64,000 bases of DNA, taken from Octopus sinensis. Its lineage: Eukaryota. Below are positions 14,301 through 26,698 of this stretch, piece after piece. Numbering within the stretch: the stretch's first letter is position 1; every line of letters starts with the position of its first letter. The stretch lies in assembly GCF_006345805.1 (NCBI RefSeq), contig NC_043003.1:38564001-38628000 (forward strand). The letters are read 5' to 3'. The notes under the pieces were generated by a model. The model had not been told where the DNA came from and made no database searches. It saw nothing but the letters and a program-made list of their open reading frames with translations. The position numbers and the translations under genes are program-made.

Positions 14301-15644
14301 TAATATGGCTAAGAATCCACTCAGATCACACCTCACTATCTAATAAGGGAAATGATAAAAAAATTTTAAAATAGCTACCTTATATGGAAAAGGAGAAAAT
14401 TAAAAGGAAATAGTCATGCCTGAAATATCTAAGCATAAATCTGTTGGATCAGAGCTGATGTGTGTGTAAAGAATTTGAAAAGCTTCACTAAAATCCTCCC
14501 AAGGGCAACTGGCAAAAAAATAAATACTTTCTTGAATATTTGCTGAATCGAGATACATAAGGGATAATGATAATGATAAATAATAATAATCCTCTCTATA
14601 AGGAGAGGGCTTGAAATTTTGAGGGAGGTGGCCAGTCAATTACATCAACCCCAATGAGAATCTGGTATTTTACTGACCTTGAAGGATGAAAGACAAAGTG
14701 AACTGTGGCAGAATTTGAACACAGAATGTAAAGAACTGGAAGCAATTCTGCATAGCATTTTTGTCCAAGCTAATAATTCAACCAGCTCACCACATTGATG
14801 ATGATGATGATACTACTAATAATAATAATAATTGGCATAGAAACAATGCCAAAAAAAGACAATTGGAGCCTGGCCAGATCCTGTCAAACTATCCAATCCA
14901 TGCTGGCATGGAAAACAGATATGAAATGATGAGGAGTCTCTTCATTCCAAATAATGCAGTAATAAACTGGTATTGCAGCATTTAGATATGGCTCTATGTA
15001 TTGAGCACAGATTTCACTTAGATCAGCTTTACCATTCATACCTCAGAGGGGTGGGGTGTCAATAAAATATATAATCGAGTACTAAGAGTCAATCTAATAA
15101 ACTTTTAGAAACCATTACCAACAAGGAAGCCTCAGGTCACCTGACCTGCCAGAAATAGAAGTTAACTCCTCCTCAAATCACATTGTAAAAAAAATGTGTG
15201 TAGTCTTAGATATACAATGCCTTAAAAACAAATGGCATGGTCAGAGTTTGAAAACCTTTGATCATAGGTCTACTGGACTGGGGCTAACTAGGGGCTACAC
15301 AATATCATCTATAATATTGTTCAGCTATGGGTTACATATGTAACTTTTACCAATACAGCAAAATCAAAATGCATTATTATACATACAACATATTTGTAAG
15401 ATAGTTGACTAGAAAATAAAGATTTTAAATCAAGTATCATCCATTAATTATAGACATATATTTTTAAACTCAGCTATTGTACTTCATTTATCAGAAAAGT
15501 GGGTTTAAATCCAGGCATATGCACTTTTCTGATATGAAGATTTGTTAAAGTATTACCAACATTGTCATACCACAATAGATTATTATAATACATGGATAAC
15601 GTATTTGATTTTATTGCATAGTTAATGTTACAACATGAGGTATA

Positions 15645-15965
15645 CTGTGCCGGTGGCATGTAAAAAGCACCATCCGAACGTGGCTGATGCCAGTGCCGCC
15701 TTAACTGGCTTCCGTGCCGGTGGCACGTAAAAAGCACCAATCCGATCATGGCTGTTGCCAACCTCACCTGGCACCTGTGCTGGTGGCACGTAAAAAGCAC
15801 CCACTACACTCAGAGTGGTTGGCATTAGGAAGGGCATCCAGCAGTAGAAATACTGCCAGATCAGACTGGAGCCTGTTGCAGCCTTCTGGCTTCCCAGATC
15901 CCCGGCCGAACTGTCCAACTCATGCTAGCATGGAGAATGGACGTTAAATGATGATGATGATGATG
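15645..15965 (+). mobile_element. (GAT)n-tailed SINE-like element with internal repeats
   Basis: Same core and tail as 30006-30607. Confidence 0.85.
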
Positions 15966-17933
15966 AATGTTGTTTAAAATGCTTTCTATATACATTATTC
16001 CTTCAACACATAAATAATTTTAATAACGTAGTCAAAATAGAAATGCTAAGAGAAATGAACCAATATTTTCTCATGGACAATTGTATATAGCTCTTTGTAT
16101 AGCACATAAATGTGTAACAACTCTCAAAGTAGGCAAGGTGACAAGTGCATAACAAAGAATATAGTTTTCAAAGATGTTCATTCTAAGACTGCACCTTCAG
16201 TATAACTTATATGGACTTTGAACTATCTCAAAAAAATCAAAAGCTTTGGAAGAAATACAATCTCAAACTCTAACCTAGTTTTTATATGTACACAGTAAAC
16301 CTCATGTTGTAACCTATTAGGACTGGCATCAAGTAGTGAGTTATAAAAAGTCTTGTCCAACCCATACTTGCATGAAAAAGCACACATGGAAACAATAATG
16401 GTGATTATGATGTTGATCATAAAGACATCAAGAGGTAGATATGCTGAGTTCAAATCTAGCTAAGTCAATCATTTTCAGAACAGTAAAAATACTTACTAGT
16501 GACCCCACCACACCCTGAATGATCCAACATAATTGTCATTATTGGCAAGCTAATAGTGGTATTTCATCTGTCTTTACATTTTGAGTTCAAATTCTGCCAA
16601 GGTCAATTTTGCCTTTCATCCTTTCAGGATCAATAAAATAAGTACCAGTGGAGCACTGGGAATAAATGTAATCGACTGCCCCCCCCCCTTCCCCAAGGGT
16701 TTAGTTTCATAGCTTTCACCCACCAGTCCAAAATTAATAAAATAGGGATCAACCAGTGGAGACAAATCAGCAGGCAAAACCCCTTCATCTTCACATCATC
16801 ACTGTTCCATGAGCTATGATTAATTCCTAAGTAACTGAATTCTCAGCAGAGATGACTTCACATCAATTCATTATGCCTTATTCGATTTATCCCCCACAGC
16901 CACACCCTGAAATTGCTGGCCACATACCAAAATTTGAAACCATTATTATTATTATCATTTTTATTAATTGAAATAAAGTACACACACAAAAGCAGTGACT
17001 ACGACTAAGTACCCAGTGAATATATGACAGCACTACTACTATAAACCAGGTGGATATATTTATGTGTACACACACACATATATATACAATGTATATATAT
17101 ATATACATATATATATATATACACACACACACAGAGGAAGAGAAAAAGGACTGGCGGGAATGTGGGGAGGTGAAGCAGTGAAGTGAACTAGTTACCATAA
17201 CTATTGAACAATAAACAACGCTGCACACCAATTTGGTATTAATTTGAAATGTCAGAGTAATAAATTATATGTTTAGCAGAGAACAACAACAACAACAACA
17301 AAAAATAGCAGCAGCAGCAGTAACAACAACAATAAATGGTGACGGGGTGGAATGGAATGGAATGAAACTGTAATATAGAGTATTTGTAGTGAAGAAAACA
17401 AATGGTGTGTTTGTGTGCGTGTGTAGAAAATGTGGAGGAGAGAAGCTTAAGTGACAAATGGAAAGGTAGAATAGAGTGGTTTAATGAAGTAACAGTGAGA
17501 GAAATTAGTTTCAAAAGATAGAGGCAGGATTGCAAGTGTTTTTTAAAAAGTTCACAGAAACATTAGCAGATTTAGAACAAGTGCAAAACCAGATGTTTTC
17601 TCAGAGACAGAGATAGACAGAAGGACAGAGAGTGAGAAAGAGGAGAGGGGGTGCAAATGACACCAGTCTAATATTGGTATCAATTTAATTTATTTTAATC
17701 TATTTCAAATGGATAAAATTGAAGTCAGCATCAACAAGATTTGAACTCAGAAATGTAAAGGGACGAAGGTATTTTGGCCATCATTGTACCATAAAAATAG
17801 GATTTCAAGATACTCCCAGTAATTCTCTGGTACTTTACTATCAATCTTGGAAGGTTAACAAATTCTACTTCAACTAATTCTATCAAATTCTAATAATAAA
17901 AAGAATTATATTTTTTTCTTTTCTTACATTGAC

Positions 17934-18192
17934 ACATGTGGCCAAATGGTTAGGGTGTTGTACTCACAATCATGAGACTGGTTTCAATTCTCAGATCAGG
18001 TGGTACATAATGTTCTTGACCAAAATACTTCATTTCACCTTGTTCACTCAGCTACGAGTACCAGCATGAGCTGGGAAGTTAACTCAGCAACAGACTAGTG
18101 TCCCGTTCGGGAAGGGGGTGACAGTGTTGTAATCTGAGTCACCTGTAAATCATGGAAACAAGGCTAGACTCCAGCCTTATGAGTTCTTTGGC
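17934..18192 (+). mobile_element. Old tRNA-headed SINE of a third type
   Basis: gtggccaaatggttagggtgt head, ggtttcaattctc B-box-like, central gttcttgaccaaaatacttcatttcac...gactagtgtcccgttcggg segment. Confidence 0.5.
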
Positions 18193-20876
18193 TTATCACA
18201 GATTTAAATCTAGATAATACTGACACAAAGCTACACATTTGAAGGAGAAGTGTAGTTGATTTACTTACACTCTAGAACATTACGGTTACTCTTTTGTGTC
18301 AATCCCAACAAGATTTTGGATTCAGAGAGTGAACAGACAGCTGCATAAATATATACATAAAACTAGTATTAAAACGGTTTTAAAATCGCGATGGCAAGGG
18401 TGGGGGAAGCATGCACTGCATTCTGCTGCAAAGGAATACACATGCAATGGTGATGCGCATTAAAAATACTCAGGTTTTCTAAATGTCCAGGCATTTTCTG
18501 AGTTGCCTCAAGACTTGCGACACAACCACTGTATTGTAGGACACTAATGAGTCATGATATAGCAGATGAAAACATCTACACTAGAGGCTAAAGCTCCTGG
18601 CAATTTAAGAGATATTAAGGTACACAGAACACTCTACAATGGCAAGATAATAAAGCAAGAACCCATATGAAAGAATAGTCAGTAGAACCATACACTAGAA
18701 GCTGAAATTAGTTAGGGGCATGTGCCTATTATGCAATAAAAAGGAATATCCAGAATAGATCTAAAACATTATAAGATAAAAAATAAAAGATAGTATAGGG
18801 TCATACTGTAATGACTGAGCCGGAAAAGGTGGGAGGATTTTCATAACATGGGACAGACTCGGTTGGAGAAGAATGGCTGCAGCCTTCTGTCCCACCAAGG
18901 ACAAAGAAGATTAATAATGAATAGTAGAATTGCATTGCTGATGCCTTCCCTGACAATATGAAAGATGTAAATAAACTGAGCATCATAACTGAACTTCCTG
19001 AAAACTTATATTATAACAACTGGAATTTTTGCTGTGATGGCAGTTTAGTTGAAGACCAGTGTGATACAATGAATGAGCAAAACAGCATCAGTGTGGGGAA
19101 GAAAAATAACAAACCCAGTAAACTTGTCCCATAGTAATATAATAAAAATAATGCATGCAAAAACAGAAAATGCACACTTCAAGTCATTTAACTTCTTTCC
19201 ATTGATGAGAAGTTGATGAAGTGAAATGCAGGTGAAGCCAAAGGGAAGTGGGAGCCACAGTGTATACATTTCAAAATTTACATCAATCTGAGGCACAGAG
19301 ACATCAGATCTGAGCACTGAAGTCAGTTTACACAAATTCCCAGTTGAATTGTTACACCAGCATTTACTAAGTTAATGTATAAGGAATAATATAAGTAGCC
19401 CACATAACAGACAAAACATGCAACTATCTCATTTGTAGGCAGCTGGTTGAATGTATCACCATCATGCCATCATTTTTACATCTGTTTTCTTCATGTTGGG
19501 AAAGATGGGACATCATCATCTTGCCATTCATGGCATCTTGATACACAAAATAGCAATTTCTGTATGCTGTATTTTTGGCATGATTCTTATAGTTGGATGC
19601 CCTTCCTAATGCCAATCACTTTATGGTCTAAACTGAGTGCATTTTGTCATGCAGAGAGAGAGGCAGGGAAAGGAGGAAGGTATGTAACAGTCAGTAAAAC
19701 AAAAAAAATAGATGGCTGGACAGAAATGCTAAAAGGAAGACAGAAGATAAGATATTTAATCAAAAACATGGAAAGCTAATATTTATACAGCCAAAACCAC
19801 ATTTTACAACAATACTACATAATTTAGTAGTGAATACAATTGAAGACAAAGAACTGAAATACAAAAGGTGGACTAACAAGTTGTATACTAATATGATGGT
19901 TTTGGAAGTTGACTATGAAAAGGGTAACATTCTTAACCTAAACTACCGTTCTGAATATTTCCGCTATAAACAGGTGATAAAAGAAAATAGGATATTGATC
20001 TTATAGGAAGCTAGCTAAGTCTGATGAGAAACAATAAAAATATGCACAAAGTGGGAAATAAAGTTTAAAAGAAACAATTATTAAAAAAAAAATGAATGAA
20101 ATTATTACTAATCAAGTAATAGGGTTGATATAATCAACTAATTCACCTACACAAAAATGTGACCTTGTGTCTGTTATAAATAATTATTATTAGAGTAGTT
20201 GAAAGAAGTACTCGTCAAGTATATTGACCACAAGGTCAGGAATTTAGTTCTTGCTGCAATCATTGTAATTGTATCCTTTAGATGTCTGCAAACGAATTGT
20301 AGTGTGTCTAACTATGAGGAATTAGGTATGCTCACAGAGATGAACACCAAAAAGTAACTGCTAATGTGTGAATTAGTTCAGGGACAAACACAAATACTAA
20401 ATGGAAATAAACAGTCAATCACACCACGAGATCTAACAGCCTGTTGCTCAGCCTGTTAGAAATAGCAACTTTGCTTCAGATCACATCATACTATCATATA
20501 AGAATGCATTAGATGTGAGAGAAAAAAACAATATATCTGGCATGTAAATCATATGGATAAACTAAACATTTGATCAGCTAATCCCACCCCCACCCTTTTT
20601 TTTTTTAATTCAAGAGTGACAATAGCTTCTGCATGTTCTCAGAGACTGGTTTGATCCAAATAGTTCATGATCAGTTTGTATTTCCATTAGATGATGTCTG
20701 AAGGAATAATACAGGAAAGGAAGGATTTCCAGAAAGTAGAATGACTGAGGGAAGACAAATTAAGAGAAAACTGTATTGAGTTCATAGGGATAGTGAATAA
20801 GCAGGCATATGCTACTTAGGACCAAATAAGTAATGACTGAGCAATCAAAGATGTTTCAGCTATGACTATTCTATAT

Positions 20877-21101
20877 TTAACCCTTTAGCATTCAGATTGT
20901 TGTCAAATGTAATGCTTTTTCATTCACATTGCTTTGAATTAATCATGCATTATCACATGGCTTCAAGATTTCAATGATGTGATTGTTTATTTTCAGAATG
21001 ATATTGTAAGGTAAGCATAAGAGGCCAGATTTGGCTGGTTTGAATATAAAACAGGTAGAATATTCTAGCTGAATATGGCCGGTTTAAATGCTAAAGGTTT
21101 A
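20877..21101 (-). mobile_element. piggyBac-like MITE
   Basis: TTAAccctttagcattcag...aaatgctaaaggttta. Confidence 0.7.
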
Positions 21102-21409
21102 GGGTTAGGATTACATTACTGAATGTGTTCTACATCTTTTTAAAGATAGTAATACATGATTTGAAGGAGATATGGCTGCTATTTCTAACAGGTTGAGAAA
21201 CCATGTGGATGCAGCACTTTTTCTTTTTCTTTTTTTTTTTTTACTAGCTAAGTCTGAAAGATGAGGCAGAGCACATGGTCTTCATAGACCCTTTAAAATT
21301 GGTGAGGTTAAAACTTAACATTCTGCTTAATTCCTTTAGTGCTAACAATATTTTTGACTACATAGCAAAAATCACAATGGCACATGTCAAAAACAATATT
21401 CTTTTACTC

Positions 21410-21790
21410 ATTTCAGTCATTTGACTGCAGCCATGCTCAAGCACCCTTTTGAAGGGTTTTTAGACAAAATTGATCCCAGGACTTCTTTTTTAAGCCTAGT
21501 ACTTATTCTGTCTCTTTTGCTGAACTGCCAAGTTATGGAGACATAAACATACTGATACCATTTGTCATTTAGTAATGCGGGGACAAACACAGACACAAAA
21601 ACACCCATACATGTGTGTGTGTGTATGTACACATGATGGATTTCTTTCAGTATCTGTCTACCAAATCCACTCACAAAGCTTTGGTTGGCTCGAGGCTATA
21701 GTAGAAGACACTTGCCCAAGGTACCACACAGTGGGACTGAACCTAGAAATGTGGTTGGGAAGCAAGCTTCTTACCACACAGCCATTCCTG
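21410..21790 (-). mobile_element. tRNA-derived SINE (older copy)
   Basis: Reverse complement of the 61716 family; similar older copies at ~4250-4660 and ~35470-35830. Confidence 0.75.
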
Positions 21791-21850
21791 GTACATATAT
21801 TATCATTGTTTTAACAGTATATAAACCTGAGAGTGCTGTAAGGGTTAAAC

Positions 21851-22088
21851 CAGTGGTTCTCAACCATTTTTTGCCTATGAACCCCTCCGATTCCTGTTTT
21901 ACCTAGGTGGATCCTCATAGCCATTCAATGTTTAAAAACATCCTATTATATTTTTATACTTAAATATTATATGGAATTGTATAAAAAAAAATTGCTAAAA
22001 TATTTTGTGTTGTGATGAAGTATAACCAGCTTACCACACAAAAATTTTAACAACAAAATCTTATATGGACCCCAGTTGAGGAATAATG
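21851..22088. mobile_element. hAT-like MITE with 8-bp target-site duplication
   Basis: TIR CAGTGGTTCTCAAC / degenerate gttgaggaataatg; flanks ggttaaac (21843-50) and gcttaaac (22089-96). A shorter relative at ~6570-6716 ends gttgagaaccactg. Confidence 0.7.
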
Positions 22089-22094
22089 GCTTAA

Positions 22095-23170
22095 ACTATT
22101 GCAAATCCATGAACACAGGAGGTAGTTCCAGATGGTCAACATCCTGAAGAAAGATTTGATGTAGTGCTTAGTGTAGGGCCTAGAAAGTGGGAATTGATCA
22201 CAAAATGGGTGATGCAGAAAAGAGATAAGTGAATCAAGAGTGACCAAGTGGCAGTGGTACAAAGCCAGCCAGCACTAATGAACAGAGGCCATCTCAGTGA
22301 GAGAGAGAGAGAAAACAGTATGTCTATTCCAATAAGTTGAATGGCTTTTCTATGGATGCAGCAGCAACAGCGCTATCCAGATGTGGGCAGAATACTCCAG
22401 AGTGACTTTCACTGAATTTTGTAGAGGATCAGTAATTACTGGTTTCAAATTTAGCATAAGCCCAGCAATTTCAAGAGATGGAGGTAAGTCAATTACATTG
22501 ACTCCAATGCTTGAGTGGTACTTATTTTATCAACCCTGAAAGGATGAAAGAAAGTTGACCTTGGTGGAATTTGAACTCAGAACATAAAGACAGACAAAAT
22601 GTTAAGCATTTTGCCTGCTGTCCCAACAATTCAGCCAGCTCATTGCCTTAAGTAGTTATTGGCAGCTGAAGTATTTTCTAGTTCTGAAGAGAAGCATCAT
22701 TCATTGAGAAGCAGTCCTGTTATGTTATCGATGTACATTTGTCATGAGATACTCTCAGTGAAAACAAGGTCTAGCATTTGGAGGAATCGTGAGGGTTCTA
22801 CTTATATGCTGCTCATGATGCATTATGATGTTTTCATGCTGTTAAAAGTAACACAATTGTCGTGACTCCATTAAAAGATACTTTCAAGATTTGTAATCAT
22901 TAAATCAGTGCATGAAGTGTTTTGATCAAATATGGATAACACTTGGGTGGAGAAAGTTGGGAAAGAATAAAATTTGCTATCATCTGAGTAAGAAGGAATA
23001 CTGTTGAATAAGGCTACACCAAAGTTGGTAGAATGTAGGATGGAGAGAGCCCTGTTAGTACAGAATGGTGTAATGTGATCTTTAGGAAATTACCAATCCA
23101 GGAGATGTGAGATAAATAAAGCCCCAGGCTGCTAGTTCAGGTCAAGGAACTGTTGTAGTAGCAGAAATAG
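22095..23170 (-). mobile_element. Old CR1/L2/Jockey-like LINE relic (ORF2 C-terminal part), split by a SINE at ~22432-22650
   Basis: Degenerate minus-strand translations LQMLDLVFTESIS*QMYIDNI...LLFRTRKYFS, LYKIQ..TLEYSAHIW and SRPYTKHYIKSFFRMLTIWNYL resemble the ORF2 C-terminus. Confidence 0.6.
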
Positions 23171-26100
23171 TGAAAATAATGTACAAGTACATAAGTGTTC
23201 TATGTAATTCTAGAGTGTTTTCGTGACCATCATCAGTTTAATGTCCACTTTTCCGCTTATATGGGTCAGACAGTAGGGTTTATTAAGGCCAATTTTCTAT
23301 GGCTGGATGCCCTTCCTGTTACCAACCCTCACCTGCTTTCAAGTAGAGTAATATCTCCTGGTGACCAGATGTTCTCAAAGAATATTGGAAATGAATGACA
23401 CTGCTTGTATGATAGTGATACTCATTTACAACTATCACACAATATCAAGACAAAGAGACCCAAAACCACACACACACGACAGGCTTCTTTCAGTTTCCAT
23501 CTACCCAATCCACTCACAAGGCTTTGGTCAGCTTGAGGCTTTAAGTAGAAGACACTTGCCCAAGGTTCCACACAGTGGGACTGAACCCTGAACTCTGCAA
23601 TCACAAAGCAACTTCTTACCAAACAGTCATGCTTGAAACTAAAAATGTGACAATCACATGGATGGGATTTTTTTTTTTTTTTCTCTTTTTCATTTTGGTG
23701 TACGTGGTTTGGTTAAATGGCACTGAACAAGAATATTGAAAAAGAAAAACATTATAATCAACAGGAAAATATAAACTTCGTAAAATGTTGTTTTGATGTC
23801 AACATGGAAAACAAAAACAACTACGCAGTGACTGAGTACCAAATCTGTCAGTGAGGTCATGTACATGCAAAGCTCTCCCCTCCCACCACACACACACACA
23901 CAAATGCCTACATAATTTTTAACCTCTCTTGGAACATGATAATCTACTACGCAAAATATTATTTTAGTGACAATAGCAAAACAAGAACATAACACCACTG
24001 CCATGACAACAACACTAATGCCACCACCAATACCACCATCATGACATCAACACCACCATCATACCACAAAAAAAAAAAAAACATTAATACCACCTCACTT
24101 CAACAACACAGTACTAATATCACCACAACACCAGTAACACTAATTTCACACCAACACTACACACACTACCGTCATTTCCTCACTTCCGCAATGACACCGG
24201 CATCAATCACCACAACCACTGCCATGACCATCCTGGAAAAATAACAGGAGTGGCAGGTGCATAAAACTGCAACATTGACCAACCTTGACCGAAGAGTGTC
24301 AAGGCTGTCTATCAGGTGATTTGGCCATTGTTCCAGAAATATATATTTTTTTTTTTTAAATAAAAACTTAAAACATTAAAAGTACAACAGCAGCAACAGC
24401 AACAACAACAGTATCTGTGTTAGTCATTTCCTCCCCCTTCTCTGCCCTGCTACATCCTGTGACAAACAATATTCAGTTATTTCTGAAGGCGATCTTGGTT
24501 TTTGACTTCTTCTGGTGTGAGGATATATATTTCTGTGTGTGTTTGAACATACATGTGAGAAAAAGTAAATGTGAGAGAGGGGAAGAGAGAGAGAAAGAGA
24601 GAGGATGTGTGTATATACACGTGAGAAATAAATACGTATATATAAATATATGTATATATCAATTTGTGAGTGCATGTGAGTTGATGCAAAAGAGGTGCGC
24701 TAGTGTGTGCTTGTGTACATGTGATAGTCTTATCCTGGCGCACACTCACTGTAACAGAGTATGTATTAGTCTGCCTGAGAGAAAGGTGGGGAGGGAGAGA
24801 AAAGAAAGAGAGAATGAAAAAGAGTGCGTGTGTGTGTGTGTGTATGTGATAGAAATAAATTCATGACTGAATATTGTTTAGAAATGTCTAGTGCATAATA
24901 AAAGGTAGCAGGAGAAGAGTACCACTGAGAGGAAGTTAAAAATGGTGTTGGTTAAATCTCAAATCAATAAGCACTTGTGAGTCACCAACATGAGTTAGTA
25001 ATCCATAGCAATGAGATGTAGCATAGTTATATATTGGTCCACTTAGTATGTCATGTGATTAAGGTCTTACCAAACATCTATGTTGAATCGAATCACCATA
25101 CTATCATTATATAAATATAGTTATACATCGTAATTAGGTTGACTTGGTATGTCATGTGGGTCAGAATGTAAGCAGGGCTAAATTGCACAGTCATAATATC
25201 ACATTATCAATTCAGTCCTATCACACAATACACAAACAGAAAACACACACACATACATATACTAATTTATACACAAGTTTATATCATTGGTTCTTTGTGT
25301 ATGCCTTACTGTTGTGGTTATTTGGAATTTCAGCATTGGATATTTCCAAGTGCAACTGGATACTTTAACCACAACGGATCATCAAGGGAACACTTTTGTT
25401 GTATTATGTTACGAAGATCAAATGTTTATCATAATTTCTCTCATATTTGCTGTGTACCATAACCAGTAATACTACAAAGTATAGTAGTAACCAAACTACT
25501 ATACTGGAAGCAGACTGGGCAATGATATTCTATGCGGAGGTCTAAACTGAAGTTAGTAATTGTACATCTAACTGTACACAATACACACACACAAAGTTCT
25601 GATAATAATACTGCAATGGTTTTGCCAGTTAAACAGAATATGAAGTTAGTAGCTACAGACTAATGGCTCCTTCAGTGTCAATTGATATCGTTATAAATAG
25701 ACCATGAGCTGGCTATCTCCAGTCTTCTCTGCCCACATCAAAGTAGAAGCTGTCTCCAGACATCTCTAGAGTGGATTGTAGATTTATCAACATCGAGACC
25801 TCTACAGATGTCCTCAGTGTTGTTCATGTATAAACACTAACAACCAAGTAACATTTGTATAGGTAGCAACAGCTGTTCTAAATGAATTAAATGTCTTATT
25901 AAATAATGTCTGTTGCTTACCAATAATGTTGAGAGGCATGTTATAATGAAGCAGAAAGTTAATTAGGTGCAGAACGTGTTACCATGACATAGATAACTTT
26001 TTTCGAGTATAGCAAACTTAAAAACAAGTAAACATTAAGTTTAGCTCATAAACCAGAAACAAACTGATTCCTTATATAAGTGCAAAGACAAGGTTTTTGA

Positions 26101-26618
26101 AGAAATTGTCAGGAATTTTCATACGGTCAAGAACATGTGATGAAGCAACTATAACTGGGAAATAAAGCCCAGAAAACTGGTTAATATACTGCTAGCTAGG
26201 AATTCACCCTTTTCCTTTTCTTTTTAGGTATTAACAGATATTAGATATAAACCAAGCTGGTAAGATAGAACCAACCAACACAACATCACATGGTTTTAAC
26301 ATTAGAAGATGAAAATCACTTCATTTCCATTCTCCATAAGAGAAATGTAGAGTAAAAGATAATTCTAAATTGTCATAATTTCCTCTTGTCTTCATCATGT
26401 AAGCATGGAAGAACAGAAGTTAAATGAAACAAACAAATTTACAAAGCTTCAGACACTAACCTTCAGGCCCTAATGAATGTGTAAGTTCATTATTTAAACA
26501 AGCCTTTCAATAGAGTAGGAGAGAGAAAATGGTCAACAGGATAAGGTATTAGACTATCCATACATGGACTGCAATAAATCTGTGTACTGAAGGCCAATCT
26601 CAAAATGCTGAACCTTAC

Positions 26619-26698
26619 GAAAGAGATGACAGAGGACCAAGATATGTAGTGCATTGCTGTACTCGAGAAGACTCTCCCACCACAACAGAACTGAGATC
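26619..26698 (-). CDS. Candidate internal exon (80 nt), reading frame undetermined
   Basis: Acceptor ccttggttttAG, strong donor TC|GTAAGG, and CpG retained inside a CpG-poor intron. All three frames are open. Confidence 0.4.

Noticed and set aside
16720-16860. C/D snoRNA-like GTGATGA...CTGA on the minus strand
   Set aside because: The boxes are too close, with no terminal stem or distal D box.
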